Shown: in pieces, positions 38,381 through 50,191 of the stretch
How the letters are laid out: every line of letters starts with the position of its first letter
How positions within the stretch are numbered: position 1 is the first letter of the stretch
DNA from: Tilletiaria anomala UBC 951
Lineage: Eukaryota
Direction: 5' to 3'
DNA length: 64,000 nt
Assembly (NCBI RefSeq): GCF_000711695.1
Contig: NW_013547012.1
Coordinates: forward strand, 62,001 to 126,000
Notes under the pieces: generated by a model
What the model saw: only the letters and a program-made list of their open reading frames with translations
The model's database searches: none
Told to the model about the DNA's origin: nothing
Translations under genes and position numbers: made by a program

Positions 38381-40755
38381 AGCTGGAAAGGCGATCGTCA
38401 GCTCCGGGACAATGGCGAAGCGCTCGGCATGTTATCACTCGAGAAGCTGGTCAAGCCTCGGAAAAGAGCTTTTATGCTTTTCGACTCGGTGCGCCGTCAC
38501 CATCGGCAATGCAAGGATCCCCTCCCCCCTCGGGACATTCAGCATTTGGTTCCCATGCATCACTTTGCGTCTTCGGCGCATCAAGCACAGCCGGCCTATG
38601 ATTCGCGTCTGACGCAGGCGGCAACAGCGACTTCATACCCAGGGCGGGTGCAGAGGGCAGTTCTCGCTGCCCTGTCACCCCCACCCCTACTGGTCAATCC
38701 TTGAACTCGCCAATGATGCCATGCCTTCGCATGATGGCCTGGGTGCTGTGCACAAGAGTCAGCGCAAGCCAGATAACATCCTGAGTAAAGGAGAGATATG
38801 TGATTCTATCGGTGCTTGCTTGCCCCTGCTCTTTTGGCTTCTCGCCTCATCAATTTTAAGTTCATCACGGACGCAGGAGGAATGTACCACGTTCATCGGG
38901 CATGCGGCAGGAGTGCCACTGCATCGGGGTCTATCAGTACCGACCCTTGTGATGACAAGCAGACATAAATAGGAATATGAGACGTTGATTTCATCCGCCA
39001 TCATGTTCATCGCGTTTCTTATGCGGCGCTTCGTGGGGCTGTGTCCTCCTACATCAAGCACAATACAATGATGAATGGTGCTTGATGACCTCCTTCAAGA
39101 GTCAGATGTCCGATACCAGCACAGGGAAGCCGGTTTTCCAATCTTGCAGCTGCCATCGCCGCCGAGCATTGAGGCGCAAGTATATCGGATTCTGGGTGTA
39201 TCTTTCTGAGCGCGTTCACGAGTACACTAGCCTGAATACATACTGGCACATACTCCCATCAGGAATGCCCTGCGGCGCAGGCAGTCAGCAACGTCTGCGT
39301 CACCAGTCTCCTGCAAAGTCCAAGGTCTAACGTCAAAACCGAAATCATTAAGCCATAAGTAGCCAGCGCGATGCGTTATGCGCATCAGCGACCAGCACGT
39401 TGTTGGCGATTCCTTCAAGTGACGCGTGACGCCGGATCCGTCCGAAAAAGTATCATTTGAGCGGCTGCCTCGACTCCCATGCCACTCATTGCTCAATCAC
39501 TTATTTGTCATTTCGCATGGCTGAGCCGCCGGCCGAACCTCGATGTAGCGTACCTACGCGTCGAATGTTGTGTTGACTGACTAGTCGACCATTTGCCGTA
39601 TGTCAAGTGTGTTGATTAGTCGACAGCACCAGGAAAGCGGTTGTCGAAAGCCTCAGTCGACATTGAGTGCGTTTATGAACCTGATTCGCCGGAACGACAC
39701 CGGTTGCTGTACGTATAAAGAGACCTTGCTCATCAATCAGTCCTGCATTGTGGCTTGCAATCCAGCCACTATCACCACGTGGCAGGAGTGAAGATGCAAA
39801 TTCTGTGAAGCTTCCAGGAATTGAGCCAAAGCATGGAAGGTCGAGGTGTTGAGCTCGTCACTGATGGTGCGTCATTGGGTCAAACAGTAGCAAAGGAGTG
39901 GTGGGTAGACACTGCTCTGTAGCTGACCAACCAAATCTTTTGTTGATGGCATCAACAGCGATACCGCCTCGGGAACACCAATCTGGAATCCCCTTCTGGT
40001 TCGCACACCTGCATCCAAGTGCACGTAGACATCTGACCAGGTAGGTATACATGGTTCCGGGTGGAACCCCTGTTTATGCTTGACCCGGTGTTATTCCATC
40101 CGTATCAGTTTTGTAAATGCCCCCATGCCTTACTCGACCCCAGACTAGCAATGTTGTAGACTGATGTGATAGGGCTGCAGGCGCTGGGAGCGCGACTTGA
40201 CCACTTGTCTTTATGGGTTATTTTCTCAAAGTTGCTCGACAGCAGTCGACCGAAGTCGACAACAGGTCACATATCCCTTCGCTGCGAGGGCAAGAACTGG
40301 ATGATGTAGAAACACACTCATACAATCGGAGCTTCGGAATCCGGGTCAGTCCACGGCATATGTGTCATATTGTCGGCGCTCGCAGTTGACCAATCTACAG
40401 AAGTGCATAAACGCTCTACAAATGTAGGGATAATTGCTAGACTTATACAAGTCTGGGGAGCATGCAGGTGCATATAGCATGGTTGAGCATGGAGGCGCTG
40501 ATGGATGTGCCGCTGGAAACCTTCATTTTTCGGCAGGTCCGAATGCATGATCACGTGATCATCTCCGTCCTTCAGTTCACAACAATACCGCCCTTCCGTC
40601 ACCACGCAATCGCAGCGAACTGGTCCAATCCAATCACCTCTCTCTACCTCCTATTCCATATTTCACTATCCTTCACACACACCCTAACCCCCCCCCAAAT
40701 CTTTGTCATGTGTTCAGGAGCCCAGCGCCCCAGCATACAGTAAAAGACGCTCACC

Positions 40756-43700
40756 ATGGGACTCTCTCAGTCGAGGGAACGCCTAGAGGACGCGGGAGTC
40801 AGCGCAGCGGAGCACGGCCTGATCAGGGAGGCTGCGGCCAGGCAGCAACACCCTCAACAAACACACCAACAGCAGCAAGAGTTGCCTTCTGAACAAAACT
40901 CGAGCCCAAGGGGGTTTCCCGGATCCTCGCACTTGCAAGTTGAAGGCAGGTCCGAAGCATACGACATGGACGTGGACGCATCGAGCCCAGCTCCCGCCCA
41001 GGGTCGGCGCAGGAGGGAGAGGATGGTCAGCTCAGGCTCCAGTGCTGGCGCCAGCGATCCATCGCCACAGCGCCGGCGTCTATCCCTTTCTCGTCGGCTA
41101 GGCATCACGTCTCGCGGGAACGTGCTACGCAGTGCACAAGAACCAGAGTTGGAAGCGCAGCCGCTAGCAGGAACGAGCGATTCGTCACGCCTAGCAGCGT
41201 CATCGTCTTTGCCAGCACAGCTATCGTCAAGAGAATCCGCTACACACTGTGACCACAGGAGCAACGAGGGTCGTTCAGCGAAAGACAGGTTGCTTGCTCG
41301 GAGCCGCAGGGTGCTCAACTTTGGGGCAGCCAGTCACCAGGTTAGCACTCCTGCTGACTCGGCGGGAGGCAGTTCTGCGACCGGTGCCGACATGCACATG
41401 TCGGATGCCACTGACGAAGTTGCCGCCACGAGCAGCTCACAGGCTCTTGGGGCTAACTCTAGCTCCGGAGGCAGCGCTAGTGGTTCTGGTATGCAGTCAG
41501 CAACAGCTACGCAACGCGCTTCGAGCCCAGACGAGCTAACCGAAGAGCGCAGCAGGGTCATGCATCAGATTGCTAGCGTCCTCGGCGAACCGGCCGTCCA
41601 GCGCAGCTCACGGTACACTGAAGTCCGCTCGCCGACTCTGTCTACTGCAACGCCTAGTCCTCTACCTGGCATCTCCGATGTGCCTGGGCAGCAACCGAGC
41701 TCATTAGCGGCGTCAGACGCCGCATCACGCGGTCGTTGGTTTGAGGCACCACGTGCTTCCCGAGCAGAAGGGCCGCACGAGGAGCCGCCACCGCGCCCAA
41801 GCACCATCCCTGCGCTTATGAACGACCTTCTTGGTCTGCGGCCAGCAGGAGGAACTACGGCAGGTGCTGGACAACCCGGAGCAGAAGCAGGCGATCAAGC
41901 TGGCGCGCCGAGGCCATCCGTGTCGTCGGGAACGTACGTCGTCGTTCAAGGTATGCTAGTCGCAAGAAGCGGTCCGCCTTTGAGCAATACAGCATTGTCC
42001 CCTTCTGTAGCTCAAGGACAAGAATCGACTCGACCTGCAACATCGCAGAGCCACGCCGCTACGTCAGTGTCAGCGCCATCCGACGCACCCACTCATTCAA
42101 CACGCGCAGCTGCATCGAGGAACCCCTACGCGACTTCAACAGCAAGATTGTCCAGTTCTCCCGGCTCTTCCGCGAGTGGCAGCACGATGCGAAGGCGCAG
42201 TCTCTCCGACGCGGGTCCAGCAGCATCGACATCATCGGGACAGTCCGGAACAGGCCGAACTGGTCCAGTTCGCCAGCAGCATGCAGCTAGCGAGCAAGCA
42301 GGAAGCACAAACCCGTCCAACATCGGCACCAGCACAGGCCCGGCTATTGGCGCCAGTGCTGCTGATGCGGCGCCCTTCACGCCGCCATCGACTGCGACCG
42401 AGCAAGCTGCGATGCTGACGCGCATGATCTCCATCGCAGCTGCCGCGACGGCTGTCTCCCTGCTGGATCCGGCGCAAGCACAGCATCAGCAACAGCAACA
42501 GCAGCAGCAACGGCGCTGGAACTCTTCAGCACATGGTGTAGCGGATCCGCTCGGCGACAGGCTGCGTGCTGCTGAGACTGCGCTTGCTGGCGTTACTGCC
42601 CGACCCACAACAGCGCCAGCAACAGCAACCGGGACTGGCACTGGGCCAGGGACTGGTCTCAGGGAAAGGCTTGCGCGTTTGGGCTCCAGGCTAGCTAATT
42701 CTTTCGTGCCAGAGGAGACGAATGCGGCTGCCCAACCTTCTGCTGGAACGAGCATGGCGACAGGGAGCAGTACCCGCGGGGGCACGGGTGCTACAGCAGA
42801 GTCCAATGTGCCTGCAGCTGCTCAAGGCCTAGCTGGTACCGGTGCAGAAACGACTGCTCAGCCGGACTTGCCGTCCATGCTGCGCAATGCTTTGAATGCC
42901 GGACATGATGGCGAGGGTTCGCTCTTCACTCCGCTCTCCACGTCTGCTTCTCCGACGACGAGCAGCGGAACAGCAACGTCTGAGGCACCTGCTTGGACGA
43001 CAGAAACGCTGAACCAGACGCTTGCGAGGGCTCGCTCCGGCGCAGTGACCGATGGCCCAGAGCATACATTCGACCATTTCCTGCACAGCTTGACGCAGGA
43101 CCTTTCCGCTGCCATTGAGAATGCATATGGCACCGCGCCGCAGCTACCACCTTCGAACAGCGTCGCGATGAGACGCACACACGACCTAACACGCGGTAAC
43201 GTTTCTTTCTTCCGAATCTTTCGCTTCGAGCAGCCATCAGAGACTGCTGCTGCGTCCGAGCCCGGCCCACGAGCAACGCAGCCGTCTTCGTCCCCAGAGG
43301 ATGCCCATGCTTCCGCTTCGCAATCTCAACAGAGAAGCTCGTGGTATCCTCGCTTGACTAGCCCATCTGTTAGGCGAGCGCAAGGAGACCAGAGCCCGAG
43401 CACAGCACCCGCTGCAGGATCAGAATCTCTTCTCCCATGCCTGGTTGTCGGCGTGCGGTCAGGCCCGCTGAATGCAGGAGCAACTTTTTTGCCCATGTAC
43501 ATGCCTTCGTCAGCACAAGAGGCGAACATGGGCGATGCAAGAGGCGCCACCGGCCCCGATGTGCCTGCAGCGTCGCAAGCAGATATGCACATTGCCGAAA
43601 GCGGCGATAATGATGCTGCGGGTGCAGCGACACCGTCCGACGCTAATGTTAATGTGGGTTCAGCCGCAGCCGAGGGTGACGCACGAAGTCCGGACGGCAA

Positions 43701-44220
43701 TGCGATCCGCTACAACCTCTTCGTCTCTGCTGGCTACTATCCGAGGGACCACGCTTTGCTCTCATCCCCTTTGCACCTCGCCGCAAGGGATCTGATGTAT
43801 CTGATGGAGCTCCTCGCATCTATGAGTGTCTTTCAACCCAAACGCAACGTGGCAACGGAGAACGACCTGAAGAATAGCGCGCTTCGCATTGTGTCAGGCA
43901 AGGAAATCGTCGAGATGGCTCAGAAGGGGCAAGTCGCTTCTAATACAGCGGAGAAATGCCTTGTGTGCCTTGAAGATTGGCTGGTCAGTCCGTCGCTAAT
44001 AGTTCCTTCAACTATAGGTTTGAGCCTGACATACTTTTGAAACTCATTGCAGTCCGAAGACAAAATCCGCGTGCTCGACTGCAAGCATGCATATCACATG
44101 GACTGCGTCGATCGGTGGCTCTGCAGCTCATCGAACACGTGTCCGTTATGCCGGCGCGAGGCCGTCAAGAGGTCTGAGCCCACGCAGACCGCAACTCATG
44201 CACCAGCATCCGCGATTTGA
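40756..44220 (+). CDS. Large disordered protein with C-terminal RING-H2 finger (probable E3 ubiquitin ligase)
   Basis: Intron 43984-44052 completes CLVC...[14 protein letters not shown]...CPLC. The N-terminus MGLSQS fits the myristoylation consensus. Confidence 0.88.
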
Positions 44221-44364
44221 TTAATACTTGCATCATCACCATGCACTTACATGTTTTCACAAGACTAGATTTTCTTTCAGACACTGTATTATTTCAGCTG
44301 CATTCCTTTCAATTGTCGAGAAGCTAATACGCAATGTTCCAATGTCATCATTTACGTCACTTCA

Positions 44365-45745
44365 TCAATCGAAAGGAATCCTTCGCACTGCGGGTTGCGA
44401 AGGCTTAGCGCCTTGCGCGTACGCGCTCGCTGCGTTCGAGCCAGACTTTTCCTTCTCAGCGGCAGCAGCAGCGAAGGCACTCGGGATAGGAATTCCACAG
44501 CAATCGCCCCAGCCGGCCGCTTGTCCTTCACCGTGCCCATGCTTTGAGTGGATGTGCCCGTGCTCGTCTTCCTCTGCCTCGCCTTCCTCTGCCTCCTCGC
44601 CGGCTATTGCTTCGGGGAAAGCGAGCAATGAGCCGAAGAAAATGTGCTGTGCAATGGGCAGCTTTAGCAGGACTTCGGCCCGATACATCTTCTGCATGCC
44701 TTCGTTGACCTTGGCCCATGTCTTGACGCCGGAGATGTCGTCGAGCATCGGCGAGTGCCATCTGAGGGAAGCGGTTTTGATCTGTTTAGAGTATTTCGGA
44801 AGTGTAATCGTCAGGAGGTGTGGCAGAGAAGCCAAATTGGATGTCGTGCGTTGACTTACCGAGTTGATGAACTTGATGCAAGCAAAGTACATGTAATCCT
44901 CTGCGAACTCATCCAGGATCTCTGGATCGTGAATCGACTTAGGTTTCAAATGCTTGTGATCTGTAGCGGACAAAACGCCGTTTGGTCAGCCGCGCGGCTC
45001 ACGCAGCGAGCGGGGGAATATGCGGTGGACTCACTTTGCAGCTGTCCAGATCCCCACAAGAACGGCAAGAAGTGATAGTCGTCCAAACCCCAGACGCCAT
45101 GGCTACCAGCAGGCTCGAGCCAATACGTGCTTTGGATCTTTCGCATGACTGTGATGTACTGCCAAAACACACTCATGACCAGCGCTTGCGCATCACGCTC
45201 TACGGTGAGGACCCCTAGCTTGACCAAACATAGCCTAAAGTGGGAAATGGTAGGTAGGAATGTCGGCCAGTCTGTGACGCGTTGTCTCCGTTTCGAAAAG
45301 AAACACTCACAACCAGCAAGCAAAGTTCAGCTCCATCCCGCTGCCGTAATCAATTCTCTTCTCATTTCCCCAGCTCTCCTCAAGGTAGACGCTGATCTCC
45401 TCGACCGCAGCAAGCGGCAAGCCAGGAATGAGCGCATGCAGCGGGCCCATGACGTCCTTGACTTTGTTGTAGAACGTCCGGAACGCCGAATTACCAAAGC
45501 GCGAGCCAGACGACTTGTCTGCGGGAGTCTCATCCAAGAGCGCACTTACTTGCGCCAGTAGCTTCAACAGTGCCCGGATGGGCTCGCTCTGTACAACGTT
45601 TTGATCGTGCAGCTTCTTGCCGATAACGGCGTCGTTGAGCAAGCTGATGAAGCTCAGCAGCTCGTCGAACACTTCGCTTCCTTCAAAGCGCTTCAGTGAC
45701 CGTGGTGAAACGATGCGTTTGCGCGGTCGCGAAAAGATCACGCGC
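44365..45745 (-). other. RRD2: PTPA (phosphotyrosyl phosphatase activator) domain of the fused ORF, Rrd2-like
   Basis: [83 protein letters not shown] and [13 protein letters not shown] motifs. C-terminal WGDCCGI...IPFD. Confidence 0.93.
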
Positions 45746-47572
45746 GAGGGATCGACCATGCGCAGCTTCCTGGATGGCTCAAGCAGCGGCAGAGGATGGC
45801 GTTGCGCGTCCGATGATGATGATGACAATTGGCCAGAAGATGCCGGAGGGGAGCTGTCCGTAGGCACCGCAGCTTGCTTCTGCAACGAAGCTTCAAGATT
45901 CGGGACCAAGGAAGCAGAGGCATCTGCGCCACACCCTGCCAAATTGGAGCCAGAAGATTTAGCCTTGGAACGCAGCCTGGAGACGAGCGCGTCAGCCGCT
46001 ACCGCGCTGCTTGCCAAGTCTGTCGCGGCAGCAGCGTGGCTCTTCGTCGGCGACTGCAGCGAGAGGTGCGAGGGCCCTGAGTTGTAACTTCCGGCACTAC
46101 TTCGCATAGGCGGGCTGTGCTCCGGGAACTTGTTCATGCCTGCGCCGGGGCTGGGACTTGGACTTGTGGTCCACGCCTGCTGTTGCTGTTGCTGCGTGCC
46201 GTTAAGCGGGCTGAGCGGCGCCTGCTCTGCTCTCTGCCTCGTCGCAGCGGCGTGACCTACAGGCACATTGATCTGATAACCAGCCTTGATCGCAAACTCC
46301 GTGTTGCGCTTTGTCGCACCGTCCTGGTCCCCTTTGACAGTGGCAAACTCATCCTCGATGGGCTGTTGCAGGACATTCATCCTGGGAGTGATGGCGACAA
46401 GTGTGTTGGTCGGTATCTGGATCCAGTCAGCTTTCTCGAATGTCAGAGGTTCGGAGGCAACGACAATGATCTTCTCGCGCTTGTCGGCCTTGACCATCCT
46501 GTACCGTCCCGGCCCGCGAGGCGGCGGTAGGCCGGGGACGTTCTTGACCTCTGTTGTCGCAGCGGACAAGCCATCAGGATCGCTGCTGGTATCCGCGCTG
46601 CTTTCTTCCTTATCCTCGTAAAAAGAGGTACCGGAAGAAAAGTAGAGGCTTGCAGCTTCCTCAGTCCGACTCGAGACGTAGCGCGTGCAGACGACGCTCT
46701 CACCATCGCTGACGACGAAATTCATCAAGCTTGGCTCCTGTACGCCAGCTTCTTTGGCCCAAGCATTGAAGTCCGCGATAGTGGCCAGCATGGCCTCGCG
46801 CAATTCTCGCCAAGCAAAGGTGCCACATCGCAGTGGATCACGCAGGTGCGAGAGGAAGACGCAGAATGCCAGCTCCGAGTCTGTGTGGCCCTGTGGATAG
46901 AGGAAGAGCTCCTCGGGCAAAGCCGCAAGGAGGCGCCGCTTGACGCGTGAGAAGGACGAGATCTGGCCATTGTGCATCCTGTACCAGCATTATAAGGTGA
47001 TTTCGGGCATTGAGAGATTGGTGAAGCGAACACGCAGACCTATGCGAACGGTGTGCTCACCACATTAAACGCCCGTACCGCCAAGGATGACAATTGGTCT
47101 CGCTTAGTGCACCAGCGGTAGAAGCTCTGACATGCGCAAAGATCAGAGGGCTCTGAATCTTGTCCGCGAGCCGATGTAAATTCGCGTTGTTCCACGCGGG
47201 CGTGACGCTGGTGAAGATGCACGGCGCGTACGGGTGGGTGTTGTAATCGTACTCTCTTGACCCTACCTCTTCTTGCTCAGAAGGTATGTTGCGGGTGGTA
47301 TTCCCTTTGCTAGCTGAAGTAGCCGAGTCCTCGTGGCGCCCCAGTGAGGAAGACTGCCCGGCGCCAGAGGCAGCAGACGCTGCCACTAGGGCGGACGGCG
47401 CCATGGCCGCGTCATACCAGCCGACACCAAAGCCATCGCCATTGACGGACCGCGTGGCGTCTAGACGTAGCCGCGCATCGAAGGCTTGGTTGATGATGCT
47501 GTGCGCCGGCTTCGTGACGAGATGCGAGATCTGGATCGGCTCGGTTCCTTTAAAGACGAGCAAGCGGCACAT
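44365..47572 (-). CDS. Apparent fusion protein: Dug3-like class II glutamine amidotransferase (N-terminal) + PP2A phosphatase activator PTPA/Rrd2 (C-terminal)
   Basis: Starts with MCRLL. Introns 46979-47060, 45235-45310, 44961-45034 and 44782-44859. The 45307-46977 ORF holds the end of Dug3 and the start of PTPA with no stop between them. Confidence 0.8.
46340..47572 (-). other. DUG3: Dug3-like Ntn-hydrolase domain of the fused ORF
   Basis: Cys2 nucleophile (MCR), [60 protein letters not shown] and VASEPLT motifs. Confidence 0.92.
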
Positions 47573-49461
47573 GCTGCGCGCAATCTGCCTTTGAAGGAAC
47601 GCTCTCCGACTAGTGAGTGACGGGCGGTCGTGCAGTTCGCAATGCGCCTCTCCAAGCCGGGATGAGTTGAAGGAGGACCAACTACGCCTTTCTGCAGAGT
47701 ACTGGAGGCTTTTCTTCCCTTCGTCGATTGACCTTTTTGAAAGAGGTTGACGTATTGCGTTGTCAACACGTTGACCTTCAAGGTCAACGGCGCGATGTTA
47801 GGACCTTTGGGATAAAGAGGCGGCGGAGTCCGGACGTAAGAAGCAGAAAGCCTACGCATAACAGAAGTAGGGTTGAAGAAACCATAGCGAGTTCCGTCTT
47901 CGGGCCTCCACTCTCAATCATTCTTTCTTTTGTTGCAATTTGCAACCGCGGGGAAAAACCCCCTCACAAATGACATGAGGCAGGACAACTAAATGTGACA
48001 GAATGACATCATGCGCCTTCCAATCTAGCAAGGGCGAAAATGACTTGCACCGGGCAGCGCCGCGCCCAGCGGGACCCCACCTTGCTCGTTTTGGACCAGA
48101 ACCGCGGTCAATCAATCACATTCCCGTGCCCGTTCTTTTCAACGCACGAAACCGACCACTTCCACCAGGCTCCAGGGCATACGTTTTCCTCTTCTGCATC
48201 AATCACATTTACATCGCGTCCTCACTCCGCAAGCCGTTCTGTATCGCCCCGCGCTTCAGCGACTCGTCCATAGCAATCACAGTCATCGTGTACATATCTC
48301 TCTGGCCCGCGGGCAACGCAGTACTCACTTGGAAGAAGCTAACTAGTACTCTGCTGAATCGTCTGAAACTGTCCTACGCCTCAGTCGCCGATGCCTCTTC
48401 GCCGTCCGAGCAGCCACTGCCGGACCCAACTTTACTGGATTGAGGCAAGCCATCCGGGGCGTGTTCGTGCGGCTGTCCGCGTCCGCTTTTTCACTTCTGG
48501 ATTCGTCGGCGGAGACAACACAGGCTAGTCAGTGCAGTCCTTTGCTCTTCCCATTGTCCGCGCCGACATCGTCGATAACCCTACGATTCATATCGTGCCG
48601 GTTTGGCTGATTGTCCGCATCAGGCTGGATTGCGGACAGCACAGCTTTGGCTAGTGCTCCGGCAAAGATCTTATTGGTGCGGATGGTGCACCATCGGTAC
48701 ACCAATGTTTGGGTTTTCCTCAGGCAAACGAATGTGCCTCAACGTCAGTCCGCATCGTGCGGGTCGTCTGCGGGCCTGGCGCGGACAAAAAGTAGGAAAC
48801 GGGGTGGAAGCGGGCAGTCGAACACACCCCAGCAAGCAGCCCGATTCAAGGTGAACGAGGCCGCTTGTCCTCACGTGACTGCTACGAACAGCAGCAGGTC
48901 AGCATGCCGCAGCTCAAACGGGTCACTGTCGAGCTCGACCCAAGCCTTCTTACAATGGGTCGATCCTCCTCGGAAGGACGCGCTTTGGTGACGATTACCT
49001 GTCCCGATAATTCTAATGTCTCTCTCCCCGCCTCTTTCCTCTCGGGCTGCGACGCTACTGACAACTGCTACTTTCCGCCCCGCTCGCTTTTGCTACGCCG
49101 CTGCCGTGCTCTGCCGTTCTGTCACTGTTGTGACACTTTGTACGCGTGGTGCCCACCTGTTTGCTTCCGCCCCTGCACTTGGCTCATCACACTGCATGCC
49201 TGCACCACCGGCCGCATTACAGTCTCCGGCGCTCTGTCCGCCTTGCGTCATCGATCGCGCCTCTGCACATCAGCCTCGTCCCCCACACCATACCCTCTGG
49301 GCCACCGTTTCGTCTTTCACCGCCATTACATGCTTATTGGGCTCTGTCCATCTTCACCTTGCACTTTACAACATCATTTCAACCTGATACCCGAAAAAAG
49401 ACCTGTCGACGTCGACTCCCCCAAGCTCACAGTCGTGCCACTCAGCACCAACCTATGCAGC

Positions 49462-50011
49462 ATGTCCACCTCCACCTCGCAGCAGATCGATGACGCCGCC
49501 AGCCGGGCCGACGAAAAGCGCCAGGAGCTCCAGCGCGACGCTGAGAACGCGGCCCACCGCGCAGAAAAGAAGGCCAACGAGATCGGCGACGAAATCAAGA
49601 AGGGCGCCAAAAACTTTGAGAAGGCGTACGTGCTGAACTGACCCAGACCCCACCTCGGGTTGGGTTTTGCTCTGAGTGTAAATAAGCACGAGGCACATGC
49701 TGACCATCTTGCATCCATCCACTCGACACCAACGTCACAGTGCCTCCCGCGCTGCTTTGGACGCCAAGAAAGAGGCCACGCAATTCTGGTCTACCTTCTC
49801 GTCGAACCCGGAATACTGGGCCTCGACGCTCGCCTCGGTCAACCTCGTGCTGCTCGGCGCCGGCGCGGTATACGCGTACACCAAGCGCGACGAGATCAGG
49901 CACACTGACAGAGGCACAATCGCTGCCACTGTCGCCGGCATTGCAGCCCTTCTCGGTGTTCAGACGTACGCTGCCAATGAAGCGGCCAAGGCGCAGAACA
50001 GCGGGTTCTAA
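49462..50011 (+). CDS. Small protein with charged helical N-terminus and two C-terminal hydrophobic segments, OM14-like mitochondrial outer membrane protein
   Basis: Exons 49462-49625 and 49741-50011 join in frame. Hydrophobic segments VNLVLLGAGAVYAY and TVAGIAALLGVQTY. Family assignment is tentative. Confidence 0.7.
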
Positions 50012-50191
50012 GTTTCGCTTTTGGAAGATCTCGCTACTCCCACAACGTTTGTCTCTCGCACACATGGATGTAACGAACCAGTCTGACTGGCATTTGGACA
50101 CAGCTGTCTCGGCGTCCTCCTCGCTACCTCTTCCCATTTTCCGATGACCCCTGGTTTTAATGAGCGGATGATGTATAGTCTGAAAGATACA

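Noticed and set aside
44782..44859. Apparent insertion in PTPA (likewise 24206-24277 in the phytase and 53961-54023 in LCB3)
   Set aside because: These are stop-free introns of length 3n with canonical GT...AG ends. Removing them restores the family sequence.
48003..49450. ORFs upstream of the OM14-like gene (e.g. 48865-49641)
   Set aside because: Pyrimidine-rich promoter/leader-like DNA with no coding signature until ATG 49462.
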